Source: Lepidodermella squamata (lineage: Eukaryota > Animalia > Gastrotricha). From it: a DNA stretch of 64,000 bases. Shown here in pieces: positions 51,071-64,000 of this stretch. A program made the position numbers and the translations under genes. The notes beneath the pieces are model-generated. The model had not been told where the DNA came from, made no database searches, and saw nothing but the letters and a program-made list of their open reading frames with translations. Position 1 is the first letter of the stretch; each line of letters begins with the position of its first letter. The DNA lies in assembly GCA_047495785.1 (NCBI GenBank), contig JBLDXI010000066.1:186001-250000 (forward strand), read 5' to 3'.

Positions 51071-54000
51071 ATGATTTCGCATTTTTCAACGTTAATTTAC
51101 TTGTCGGTTATTTTTTCGGCAATGATGATCACCAACTCGCAGCAGCCCACATACAAGCGCTGCTTTTCTCGAGTTAATGACGATTTTGCAGGTTGTAAAA
51201 CCAGTTGCTCATTTTTCGACGAAATTCAGGTGAATCTCTGGCCGTTTTACTTGATAATACCCCTATTTAAATCGTGTCAACCAAATTTTAGCTCGGCCTT
51301 GCTTTGAATAGCCCTGCTGCCTGTGCCGCAGGAGTGAGTTTTTTTATATATTGTTTTTAGTTATTGTGCAATTTAATTTTGCCTCCTAGAACGCTCGAAG
51401 CTGTTTTAATTACAAGCAAACCAGCATGCGATGTATTCCTAGAAACATGGCCTGCTCAGCAGCTGACGAAGTTCAGGTAGGGTTATCTTTTGATCAAAAA
51501 TTGAGGCACATTTCCCCACCCGCCGGTGTTTCCTCCACGCGCGCATTCCTATTGGTTGGTTAAATTTACGCGTAACCGCACGTCGCGCGCATTTATTGCG
51601 CAACAAATAATTTCTACGCGCGCCCTGCAAAATCATAAGAAAACCACAAGTCAGCTAGCAAGTCCATCAGCAAGTATATCATGTGAAGCGCGCGCATCGA
51701 GAGTACATATTTCAATTAGTACCAAGTTTCAAAAGGTTGCAAATCAAGAAGATATGCGAGAAATAATGATGACAATCGACGAGGCGCCCAACAATATTTC
51801 CAAGCAAAATAAAATCGCGCCACCATTGTTCATCATGATATTAGGTCGCTGTTATGAAATCGCAATTTTTCTACATTTTTAGAAGCGATTGAGTTTTGAT
51901 CATTTTGACATTTTGATATTTTGATGAAATTACCCCAAATTCACCGAAAATACCTCGCTCGTGCCATCGGTGCGCGCTTTCGCAATTTGTTCCATTTTCC
52001 ATTTAATCGATAGGTAAATAAGAACAAAATACATGATAATCCAAATTTTGTCAAGTTTTTCGACAAATAATCTGCCTTAATTTAAGCTTTTTATTTTTCT
52101 TGAAAGCATTTTGCTGACTCAGCGAAGGGCGCAGTCGTCTTTGGTCTCGTCCGTGCGCAACAGCGCGCGCACGAAGGCTGTAATTATCTTGGCTGTTGCG
52201 CAACAAGGTCCAGCCAATAGGAGCGCGCGCGGAGGAAACACCGGCGGATGGGGAAATGTGCAAAATTGAGTGGAATATTCCGCTGATTATCCGTAGACAT
52301 TCGAGCACATCGGCCAGTCGTTCACGGCCAAGTATGAAGATTGCAGAACGGATATCAAAGATTTCATGGTGTGTTCGATGATCTCGCAATATGTTACATC
52401 ATGCTTCATAATATTTTATCTCGCAGATTCGTCCAGCTTATCTATGCGACAAAAGCGGCGTCAGGCTCTGTATTCCATTCAATGGGACCTGCCCTAATGG
52501 CGGGGTGAGTCTATTAACCGTTTTGTCCTCTCAAGTATAATATCGAAAAAAACGCTCTCGCTCGTCACTCCAATTCATAATACGAGATTTTATTTTTCTT
52601 ATTTCATAAAATTCATCGGATAGATCTGAATGAGTATTTGTGAATTGTTTTCCCACAGACACTCGTCCGAACAGTTGCATCGATGCAATCCTGTATGAGA
52701 CAGCAGTCCAGTGAGTTTTATAGTCTCACTGATTATCGTAATACTGTCTTTCTATACACATTAGTTACCAGGAACGAAAACGATTTCAAGCCGCACTACC
52801 GCTGTTTCCTGACCAGTGATCGATCTTTCCTCGGCTGCCAATCGACAGCATGCACCAGTAATACAGCCACGCAGGTAACCTATAGCTCATGTGTTTATCG
52901 GCCTGTTTATGTAACGATGAATTTGTTTAGGATTTTAGCCTTGGCACTTACCTGGACAAGGCCCACTGCTCAGTTGGCGTGAGCTCATGACTTTGAAGAT
53001 AAAACCAATTCGTTATTTTTGGAATATCAATTTCAGCCTGCTGCTCTGTGCTCTTCAGCCAATGAGAGCACGTGTCGGGGTTCGTGCAACCGGCCCGGAC
53101 TAACGCAAGTAGGGAGATCATGAAAATTTCACCAGTTTTTGATTTTCAAATTTGAAATCAATCAGGTTGCTACGTTCAACGCCAAGCCCGACTTCGCTGG
53201 AAATTATGCTGATTGTATAGCTGCTCAGGTTGGAATTTTTCATTTTTATGATTTTATGTAAATTTATTCCGAATTAATTTCCAGCCCCATACCCAGTGCC
53301 TGGATCAAACTTCGTTCGCATTCGCCAAATGCCAACCACAAGGCACGAGCTGCCCAGCCGGAACAGTCAGTGGAAACACCTACAACAACTTGACAAGTTG
53401 CTTGACAAGTGAGTGAATAGTAAATTTGAAACTATTACTAGTCTATTCTCGAATCGCTCATTTTTTAATTGAATAGTCTTCTGCGCCAACTGCACTGCTG
53501 CGAACTTACAATGCCTGCAGCCCAACACGTGCACGTGCAAGGCCCCGGCGAATCCTCAGTGCACGGCCAGTGCCAGTCTTCAGTGTGACGTAGTTGTGAT
53601 TCGGCCTGTGTTTCCACTCCCAACCTGCAACGCTCTTCGCCATGACGGTGATCATGTAGTGAGCTCTGCCGATGCAGATCCTGAACAGAACGAGGACTTC
53701 CTTTTCAGGAAGAGAAGCGGCCTGGCCGGCAACTGCAAATGCAGCTGCGTTTCCTTCGAATCTGTCAATGTCTTCAATAAATTCCTACGCCACTCGTCGT
53801 TCAAGTTCGAGATTGACTGGTACGATACCACCTGGAACAAGGGTGTTGCTGACGATACGACATTCTGCGAAAGGACTCGACAAAACGGCGTTGCTTACGA
53901 AGCTATCAATTTTGCCAATCATTTTATTTTCGTTAATGCGAACAACGACATCGGCATTCGTGAGAATGACAATTCAGCGGATTTCATATCGCGTTCTACT

Positions 54001-54799
54001 TTCGTGGAAACGGTTGTTAGAAGAGGTATGTAGGTTTTTTGTTATTGCTACTTTCCCCCGATCTCCATAATTGTTTCATCGACATTTTCAAGATGAAAAC
54101 AGCCGAAATATGCTGGCTTTCAGCTAACTTGAGCACCAAATTTGAACTTGCGCTTTTTCCAGTGAGAAATAAGTGAATTTTACCCGTTTATTGCAATTCT
54201 AGATTAAACCTGTTAGCTCAACGTTAAAGCTTGAGGTCTGGAATACATTACTCCTTTAATTAAACTCTTCCATAACTTTAACTTCAATAAAATTCTATTC
54301 TTGAATAGTCATCCCTGGTTCGGGTCACTCATGCCCTGTGCTTTCGAACCCACCTTGCGCAGCGCCAAAAGCGTGCGATACCTATGTCATTCGTCCTGCT
54401 TTTCAAGCCACAAGCTGCAACGCTATTCGTCATCAATATGGAGTCGTAATTAGCTATCCCGAATCAAATCCCGATATGAATCTTGACTTTAAATGGAAGA
54501 AGGTACCCGGCCTTGCAGGCAATTGCACTTCTTTCAAATCTGTCAACATTCCGGGCAATTACTTACGTCACGTCAACTTTAAGGCCATCATTACCTACTA
54601 CAATGGCGATCCGTTACTCGCAAAAGATGCGACATTCTGCGAAATATCCCGCGAAAACGGCACTGTTGCTTACGCGACTGTCAATTTTGCTAATTACTTC
54701 CTTTATGTCGACACGAACAACGAAGTCCAAATTCGCCAGTTCGACCCTTCACCGGACTACGCGATGCGTACCACCTTTCTCGCAACAGTTGTCGCCTAA
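51071..54799 (+). CDS. Array paralog 7: secreted 6x(4-Cys repeat) + 2 AbfB/CBM42-like modules
   Basis: ATG 51071 MISHFSTLIYLSVIFSAMMITNSQQ; AbfB exons 53477-54025 and 54309-54799. Confidence 0.85.
51506..52261. mobile_element. MULE-like MITE in intron 3 of paralog 7
   Basis: ~50-bp TIR GCACATTTCCCCA(C/T)CCGCCGGTGTTTCCTCC...; perfect 9-bp TSD AAAATTGAG at 51497-51505 and 52262-52270. Confidence 0.9.
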
Positions 54800-55614
54800 G
54801 CAAAGAAATATGAAATGACGAAGTGAACAATCGAACAATTATTATCGTTTTCTTAGAGTTGAGTGCAACTACATGCTAGTTGCTAGTAGAAATAATAATG
54901 TTGCATTTAAGAATAAAATAATTGTGATAGAAAAATTGAACTTCACACACTGCTGCCACGCCAATTGTTTGGTTTTAATAACTAATTTCTAACGATACCC
55001 GGATGAAATACGGGAATAGCATATAATGGATTCGAAGGAGTACATAACGCAGTTATTGTACTCGAATATTGGCCGAGAGGCGTCCAGCTCGCGAAAGCTA
55101 GCCAACCTCGAGTCCAATATCGCTAGTGCGATTGAATATGTCGAAGAGGACTTGCTTGACGAGTATGTCAACTTTTAGACTTGCCAACGACCAACGACAA
55201 AGTGGACTTTGCGTGCTAACGACTTACGGCCTACTTTTTTAAAGCTAACAAAGCTGCGCATCAATCCTTCCAGCTTGTATGCCTTTTCCTTGTCATGAAA
55301 AGAACTTGTCTACCTAAAATAGGTCGACGCTGTCATGTCGGTTTTGAGTCTCAATGCCATCACTACCATGCTTATAGTTCGTGCTATGTTTTGAGTATGC
55401 TACGAGAATTTGACGAGTTATGTGGGCATTTAGGTCGAACAATTCTACCATGCGATAAACAATGATCCCAACTCCGTTTCTCAATAACATTTATTCAGTA
55501 TCTCAGATTTGTTTTGCCAAGCTGAGAGGTTGAAAATAGATTCAATAAATAATCTAGCCAGTTCACAGTAAATAGTAGAATATATTTTATAGCAGAATCA
55601 AGTCGAATGGGGTT

Positions 55615-58612
55615 TTACGATTGATAAATAGCTTTAGTAGAGAACGGGCGGAATGGCAACTCTTTGACCATATCTCCTTGCGATTCAGACTTCATCTCGC
55701 CATAATGTTCACCGTGGTCGCTCGCTTTCTTGCCTCCGTTGTAATCCCGCCGGTACATGTGGCTGTTGTGCGCCATCGGGTAGGATGGGTGGCACTTTGG
55801 GAAGTCCTTTGGCGCCTTGACCCATTCGTAAACCTCGCCGACCTTCAGCGTCAACATCATGCCCTGTTCCATGTGGTCGTCAATGTGGCAGTGAAGCATC
55901 CACGGGCCAGGATTGGAAGCCTTGAAGCGAATGATAGTGTATCCAGTTGACGGTAGAGCAATGACATCCTACAACAAAGATCGGTTGATCGTAATAGGCT
56001 TGAAATCATGCGATTGCGAACCTTCGATGGGGGGCGATCGAAATTTCGTTTGATGAGGCCTTTGTGGGAAAGGTCTTTGAATACCGAAGCATTGAACCCA
56101 TCTTTGAAGTGTTCCTTCAATTCCCGGAGTGAAAAACAATAGCATACTGTAAAACTATTCAAGGCAAACCATAGCAAGGACGTAGAAGTGGAAACCATGC
56201 AGATGCATCGGATGAGTGGTGTCAAGTTCAGATTCGGCTTCAGACCGGTCGATAAGAACGATTTCGACCAACGCGTCGAGCGGGATTTCTTCAACGTGGA
56301 TGCACTCGCAGTGCTCCTCGCGCGGGCACTTGCGGTTCTTGGCATTGCAGAACAGCTCGGGCGGAATCTCTTCCCATTGTCTTCAAAAAATCAACAAAAA
56401 ATCCCAAAAATTTCCAAGAAATTGAATCTCACGTGAGCATGGTAATCGGAGACATCAAGTTGCTGATATCGTTAATTCGAGGCGTGATGAAGCGGAAAAT
56501 TTGCGAATATTTCTCGAGATCTTTCGCTGGCACGCCCTTCGGCTTCAAACGAGCATCTTCAACCAGATCGAAGCTCTAAAACCCCCCAAAAAAGCTCAAC
56601 CGAGCGATAGGTTCATTTCTAGAATCACTCACAACTTCAATGATGAGACTAACGTCAGGTTTGCCCATAATTTCTTTCAATGCTTTATTCTTCTTCAGGC
56701 TTCTTAAGTCGGAAATCTTGGCGCCAAGCGGCGGGTTCGGAACTCGGTATTTGCTGTAGAGCAAGTAATTGACCTCATCGTAAACCACCGAAACCGCACC
56801 ATTCGTCGCTTGCGATGGCGTCTTAACCCCAGGCAGGACATTGTCCTTATAGAACACCTTACCAAAGACGCTGCCCTCTACTTCCAAAGCTGACAAAACC
56901 TTAACTTCAATCAAGAAGTACGCTCCAAGCCGGGGTTTTTCACATCCGACGAAGTATGGTACGAAATCGAACCGTTCAGCTGGCATCATACTGAAAGATT
57001 TCGTTGCGACTGGTCTAATCGGCTGGCCGTCGATGCCGATAATGACGAAATGGTGGCACTCCATCGTGACAATCACCGGCGTGAAGAAGAAAGCGTTGTG
57101 GATGATTCTGAATCGATACCGGTGTTTCGCCTTCAAATAGTACTCGTAGGCTGGTAGTTTCAACGGGAATGGCGGTAGTTCAGTCGCGTCTGGCTTCTCC
57201 TCGGCTTCCAGGGACGGTAGAATGCCGTTGAACAGTAGATTAGCCGGGTTGGGTGGATCGTCAGTGAATTGAACCTTGGCAAAGCTCTCCAGGGCAGTGT
57301 CGCCTGGTATCCAATCTTGGATCATGATTGGTTGAAGGCTGTCGCGGTCGTAGAGTTTGCGTTGTGGGTCTTTAGCCTGGCGAATGATGAAGGGACCAGC
57401 GACGCCATCAGCGCGTTGGAAGCCCGTATGCGAGTGCCACCACCACGTGCCGGGCTGGTCGGCTGGAAAGTCGTATGTGAAGTTCTCCATGGCCATAATC
57501 GGGCATTGGGACACCATAGGCGCACCATCCATGAAAGGCTGTTAAAAATGACAGTAATCGTAACACGTTATATGAAAATGGAATGCAATTTCCTTGAAAC
57601 AGTAAGGTCAAACCTCAAACTAATTCCTTTCAATTTTATGTCGAAAATTTTATTTTAAACTTGAAATTTTTCCAGCTTACGAGGGAATTTCCCTACATTA
57701 CCTATTACCTACAACCTACCTACATATACAGCGTGTCCCAGAAGTTGCAAATTAATGTTCAAATTTGATAACTTTTTGCAGGTAATTTCATAGACATTTC
57801 TTCTGTAATTAAATATTTTGAAATATTTGAATATTAAAATTCGAAATAAAAAATATCCGCCTTAAAAATTGATTTAACATTTGAAACTTCTCGTTAACCT
57901 GATCGTTAAGTTCATAATTTAATTTTGAAATCGCTTATTCGCGAAAAAGAAATTTTTGCTTGACACGACAATGATTCGTGAATTACTCGAAATATTTTAA
58001 ATTCGCAGTTGATAAAAACCCTATTTAAAGCCCCAGAGGTAAAACCATGCTGTATCGTGCACCCCTTACCGTTTTTCGTTGGTTAAGACCGTGCCAGTGG
58101 ATGCCGATCGATTCGCCATTGGTCAGGCCGTTGATAACCTTGATACGAACTCGATCGCCCAGACACACCTCAACGGACGGCCCAGGCATTTGAAGGTTGA
58201 CAACCATGATCATTCGCCGGGTGCCAGCCGCCGGGATGCACCCAGGCGTTCGGCAGTCCTCGAACGAGTTCGGGCAGTTCATGCACTGGCGGCTCATCGA
58301 GGCGTACATGCCGACGTGGAACTCGTAGTCGCAGACCATGGGCTTGCCGTGGGGCTCGCAATGGCGCCGGCACGGATGGTTCGAGTAGTCGTGGTAGGGC
58401 GACAGCGAGTGGCGGCCCATCGGACTGGCGTGCTTGCCATGGCCCATGTGGCGATGCATTGGTTTTCGGGTGAAAAATCGCGGGTCATTCTTGTAAATGC
58501 TGGCCTGCGAGAATCCGATCAAACAAACAGCGAGAAACGCTACAAACAAAAAATTAAAACAAATTGACGCGATTACCGCATATTTTCATTACTGACCTGT
58601 AAGTGCTGCCAT
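55615..58612 (-). CDS. Secreted laccase-type multicopper oxidase, 7 exons
   Basis: MAALT|AFLAVCLIGFSQA signal; invertebrate-type Cys-rich N-terminus; all four Cu motifs HWHG, WWHSH, HPMHLHG, HCHIDDH....M; GT-AG junctions at 58597/58539, 58070/57538, ~56630/56576, ~56432/56380 etc. Confidence 0.93.
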
Positions 58613-59768
58613 AATTTCTGAGAAAATTAAAAATGTCAGCAGAAATACAGGCAAATACCTACTATTTAAATGTGATTTTTAATTAATTTCAAACGAAGAT
58701 TTCGTGGAACAGCATTTTGAGCTCGCGTGTTACGTTTTTTCCAGCACGTGCTGCCACGTAAATACGTTTAATCTTGGCGCTGAAACCGCCGACAAAAGTG
58801 TCGTAAATTGGATCCAGGTTCAAGCTAAAATTGGAACTGTTATTGTTACACTTTTTCATTCATTTAAGTGAAAACAAATTGACACACGCTCGCGTTGTCA
58901 TTTTCCAATTTCTTTACGGAACGAAAACAGGTCGAAATCAATATTGATGCGTTCACCATCGGAAAGATTTAAAGACCTATAATTTCTAATACGGAATCGG
59001 AACAAGATTTTGGAAAAATTACCGCGAATATAATTTTTAAATCCTTCGAAAATTCCGTTATCAATACAAAATTCTGAATTTATAACCATTAGTTCGAGAA
59101 CTTGAATTAAAAAAATGTATAAAGATTAAGGATATCGGGAATTTATTACCTTTCAAATTCAAATTATCCAATCCCTAACCTTACTAACCAGTTAAATAAC
59201 CGAAAAAATATTTAGTTATTCAGTTATATCGTGTCCCAGAAGGTGCGCAACTAATTTTAAATTTGGTAAATTTTCGAAGGAAATAGAACTAATTGTTTCC
59301 AATTAAACCTACGGAGAAAATATTCCATCTTTTATCCGCCAATTAACCGAAGAAGTGAACAATTTAACGGAGAAAACCGGAAAATCCCGATGGTAACTGG
59401 TTCGGTAATTTTCGGTATTTTACCGGGTTTGACCACATTTCTCTGGACTTTTTTTAATCTCATCAACAAGTGACATACATAATTACCATTCTCGTCATTT
59501 TTTGAATTTTTCTAAAATTGTTTTTGTCATGCGATGTCGTTTCTCATTTTAGAGTTTCTGAATCCTTTTACGTGTATTTTCTTTGCTTGCGTTTTGCTCA
59601 TGAGACACGATCTAAATTAAATTTGGTAATATCATCATGATTTGCCCTTGACAATTTCCTGTTTCTCCTATGAAATTTCGAAAAATTCGCTTCATCCGAT
59701 ATCAAACAATTCGTGCGGCCCCTTTTCGATGCAGAATAACCGCCGATCGAGCGTAACATCAATCCTAA

Positions 59769-62700
59769 TCTCAACTATTTTTTATTACTGTTTACAGTCT
59801 TAACTGTCGGAGCGTTGCCAAGCATAATTTAGCAGCTTTAACAGCCTTTTTATTAACATGCAGCTATGACATAATCTGTTTGTGCGAGACCTGGCTTCAC
59901 CCAGGCATCCCTGATGCTATGCTCGAAATAGGTGATTATCGCGTTGCGGTCCGTCGTGATAGACCGTCTCGCGCTGGTGGGGTTTGTATTCTCGTCAACA
60001 AAAATATCAAATTTTATAAAATTGACCATGTTGATAACTGCTCTGAAATTGTTGCCATTAATGTTATCTCGTCCAACAATATGTCATTTCAAATTGCCTG
60101 TTTGTATCGTCCTCCGTATAATGACGTGCCATATCTAAATCGCTTAATCAAATGTATAGATAAGCTGTGTGAATCTACTACATCTCCGATTCTGCTTGTG
60201 GGTGACTTTAATTTTTCTGAGATTGATTGGAAAAACGTTGTTTCGTATGAATTTAGTAATATTCATGAAACTCTTGAAGACTCATTTATGTCGTGTTGCT
60301 TGAGAAATTCACTGTGTCAACTAGTCACGAAACCAACTCATCGGCCATCGGGCAACACTCTTGATCTACTACTGACTAATAACACTTCATTTATTCACGA
60401 CGTTGATGTTGTCTGTCCTTTCATTTTCTCTGACCATGATGCTGTTATCTTTAAAATCAGAATTGATAAACCTTCATCTATTGAGAAAAATGTCAATAAC
60501 TTGAACAGAAATTTTAGAAAAGCCAACTACTCAGCTATCTCTCATCATCTTGACAACGTTGATTGGTCTGAATTCTTCTCTGGTATTACTGATGTAAATG
60601 CAATGTATAATAAATTCAATGCACTTCTTCAACAACTCGTTTCTACTCACGTCCCTCTTCGCAATTTTCACGCTCCTAGGTCCTGTAAATACCCCAAGCG
60701 TATCCGTAGGATGGCTCAGCACAAGCTAGCTATCTGGAAAAAACTCAAAGCTACCAAAAAAGACTCGCTTGATTATTCTCTTCTTCTTACTAAATACAAA
60801 ACAAAATCTGAAATTTATGAAAAAACTGTAAAAAAATTTAATACTGAAAATGTTACCAATATTATTACCGCTAATAATATTAATCTTCTTTACAATTATG
60901 CTAATAACAAACTCAATGCTCACCAGCACATACCTGCACTTGTAAATAAAAATAATGTTGTGTGCTTATCTGATCTCGAAAAAGCCGAGGCACTGAATGA
61001 GCAATTTTCGTCGGTGTTCACTATTGATAACCAGTCTCTACCTTCAAGTATTAATAATATTGTCAAAGCTAACTTTCATCTCTCTTCCGTCGAAATCAAT
61101 GAAGAAATCGTTTTAAATACTCTACTCAACCTCTCCGATTCGTACGCCGTCTGTCCGGATGGTCTTCCGACTATCTTTTTCAAAAAAATAGCTCGTTCTC
61201 TATGTAAACCGCTGGCACATGTCTTCAAATCGTCTCTAAGTCTCGGTACCTTGCCGGATATTTGGAAGATTGCCTCTGTCACGCCAATAGCTAAAAAACC
61301 TAATTCTAAAAAACCTATTGATTATCGCCCTATCTCTCTCACCTCCGCTGCTTGTCGTACCCTTGAAAAAATAGTTAAAAATGCAATTCTAGATTTTTTA
61401 CTAGCTAACTCTATTATCACTTCTGAACAACACGGTTTTCTTCTACGTAGATCTACTGCTTCACAAATGCTAGAATGCACCCACGACTGGTTCTTTGCCT
61501 TGGAATGCGGCGAGTTTGTCGATATTTTATACATAGACTTTGCCAAAGCTTTTGATACCGTTTGCCATTCCAAACTTCTTAAAAAATTAGCTCAAATAGG
61601 TATACAGGGTGATCTTTTGAATTGGATATCCTCTTATCTCTCTAACCGTTCACAATTTGTTGTAGTTAATAATTCTACAAGCTCACACTCGCCGGTTACC
61701 AGTGGGGTTCCCCAAGGTTCCGTCCTTGGCCCCTTGCTCTTCCTCATCTACATTAATGATATCGTCCCTATTTTACCAGCTGGTGTCACAATTAAACTCT
61801 TCGCCGATGATTGCAAGCTTTACATTAAATTCTGCTTTAATAATGCTGCTTCTTCTGTCTCGAGACTATCATTAGCGCTTGATAATATCTTCGCCTGGAT
61901 AAACGACTGGCAGCTCAGCCTTTCTATTGACAAATGTGGCGTGCTTCACCTAGGCCGTAACAATCCTCAATTTTCTTATACTCTTGGTTCACATCAACTT
62001 TCTATCTGTCACTCGTATAAAGACCTAGGTTTGATTATTGATGAAGATCTCACGTTCCGCCCTCATTTTAATACTATTGTTACCAAAGCTTATAACTGTG
62101 TCAACGCTATTCTTAGAGCCTTTCATGGGCAGTCGCCTTCCGTTCTCACATGGGCTTATCGAGTCTATTCTAGGCCTCTACTCGAATACCTTCCTTCGAT
62201 TTGGTCTCCTTACAAAAAAGGCGATATTGAACTCATTGAAAATGTTCAAAAATATTTTACTCGCCGTGCTTTAGGCTTCTCTTCGCACGATCTCAACCGC
62301 CCTTCTTATAAACAAAGGCTTCTAATTCTCAAACTAGATTCTCTGGAAAAACGTCGCATTCTTTTAGATCTCGCCCTTTTATACAAAGTTTACTACAAAG
62401 CTATCGATTCGTCAATCTCCTTTTATATCGAGCCTCTTGAGACAATAACTCGCGGTCATACTCATCGCCTTAGATATCGACGACCTGATGGTCGATACCG
62501 CAATGCTACCTCTCCTCTTTTTGCCAACTATTTTTTAAATCGTGTTTTACCCATTTGGAATGAATTGCCTGCCTATGTGTTTCCGTCCACGGACAATTTC
62601 GATTCCAATCTTAAATTTTTTAAATCAAAAATATGTAAACTTGACTTTTCTAAACACTGCACTCTCGACAACTAAATTTAAATACATTTTCTACCTAATT

Positions 62701-62886
62701 TCTCTATGATTTTGATATATGTTGACTCTCCTCTTGACTGTTCTATACGCTATCATATTGACTACCATACGGTTCAGAGTTAGTGGCCTGCGGGTCCTTC
62801 TGTATCCTCGAATCTTTTTTACTGCTTAATTCCCCTGATGAATTTATTTTTCGAAATAAAATAATAATAATAATAATAATAATAAT
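59769..62886 (+). mobile_element. Non-LTR retrotransposon (CR1/L2-group LINE): intact APE+RT ORF, (AAT)n tail
   Basis: Frame open 59769-62675: LNCRS, CETWL, VGDFN, TLDL, SDH (APE); YRPISL, QHGF, DFAKAFD, GVPQGSVLGP, FADD, KDLG (RT); (AAT)n at ~62856-62886. Confidence 0.95.
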
Positions 62887-63097
62887 CGTTACTAAGCCCG
62901 TTCAAGAGACACATTCTAATTACGATCAATAATTGTTTATTATTTTCAATAAAATTGTTTTTAAAATGTTGAATGGTAAATAAAACACGAGACGAGATAT
63001 AAATAGTAATCAACGTTTGTTTTCAGGCGCATGTTATTTTTTAAATAAAATTCCGAAATAAAATTAAAACATGTAAAATATGTGTGTGTAGAAAATT

Positions 63098-64000
63098 TCA
63101 AGTGTGATAGACAGCTTTGCTAGCGAACGGGCGGAATGGCAGGTCTTTGAATAGATCTTCCGGCGATTCAGCAGGGTTCTTCGACGTGTTCTCAGCGTAC
63201 TGATGTTTATGGCCAGTGTGTTCGCTCTTTTTCTGCTTGTTCTTGCCATTTTTTGTGTTGTAATCACGCCGGTACATGTGGCTGTTGTGCGCCATCGGGT
63301 AGGACGGGTGGCATTTCGGGAAGTCCTTCGGCGGCTTGACCCACTCGTGAACCTCGCCGACCTTCAAAGTGATCATCATGCCTTCCTCCATGTGGGCGTC
63401 GATGTGGCAGTGAAGCATCCACGGGCCGGGGTTGTAGGCCTTGAATCGAATGATGGCAAAGCCACCGGTCGGTAGAGCGATAACGTCCTTAAAATAAACA
63501 AAAATACGTCATTAATTAAAATATAAAATATTCAAATTAATAAAAATAAATTATCGAAAATTCAAAATATTGTGAAATTGAATTTAGGAAAATTAAAAAA
63601 TTAAATGATGACAAAGCCTAACCTTCTGTGGAGGTCGGTCGAAATTTCGCTTGATTAATCCTTTGCGCGACAGATCTTTGAACTGCGAGGAGTTGAAACC
63701 AGCTTTGACGTGATCCTTTGAAAATAATAACCGAATGATAAAGGGACGATTTTTCTAGAATCTCGAATTTCCCCAGAACATTTATTATTTTTCGACAGTA
63801 AAATTACCGAAAAAACCCGAAAACCCCGAATTCGGTAATTTTCGGTATTTTCCCAATAATTGCTCATTTTTTCGGGATTTTTCAATTATACCGATCAAAA
63901 GCAAAATTTTCCGACCCTTTTCAACTAGCCCATCAAGGATTTTACCCTTCATAATAGCCTACCATAGCGAGGACGTAGAAGTGGAAACCGTGAAGATGAA
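63098..64000 (-). CDS. Second laccase-type multicopper oxidase (3' exons; 5' part outside the window)
   Basis: HLHGFHFYVLAM | DHVKAGF...DRPPQK | DVIALPTGGFAIIRFKAYNPGPWMLHCHIDAHMEEGM; same intron positions as the 55.6-58.6 kb paralog. Confidence 0.92.

Noticed and set aside
94-54818. Many short ORFs in the track with TTG/GTG starts, or antisense/alternate to the AbfB exons
   Set aside because: They are exon fragments read into introns or shadow frames of spliced genes, not independent CDS
55000-55400. Coding-looking patch (YITQLLYSNIGRE...EYVNF*)
   Set aside because: Short, interrupted by stops, no recognisable motif
1-64000. Assigning a species or phylum (nematode-like splice acceptors)
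   Set aside because: Short introns and TTTCAG-like acceptors are suggestive but not diagnostic without a database search

Overview
Eukaryotic (invertebrate animal) genomic DNA with short GT-AG introns, many with TTTCAG/TTCCAG-like acceptors. The supplied ORF track therefore only catches exon fragments, and I assembled the genes by hand. The window is dominated by a plus-strand tandem array of 8 paralogous genes (one cut by the window start) for secreted, very Cys-rich modular proteins. Each has a signal peptide, six copies of a ~40-50 aa four-cysteine repeat that I do not recognise, and a variable C-terminal cassette of EGF-like exons and 0-3 AbfB/CBM42-like (arabinose-binding beta-trefoil type) modules, each module on one phase-1 exon. 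The array shows module gain/loss by unequal crossover, mosaic exons, one precise intron loss and variable putative sugar-binding residues. Interleaved are two intronless GABA-B-like class C GPCR genes (one frameshifted, plus a duplicated 3' remnant), a 4-tRNA cluster and many non-autonomous DNA transposons with visible TIRs/TSDs (hAT-like 8 bp, MULE-like 9 bp, two carrying TTAGGG-like repeats). At the right end, two tandem minus-strand laccase-type multicopper oxidases flank a near-intact CR1/L2-type LINE. All calls are by eye; no database searches were run.
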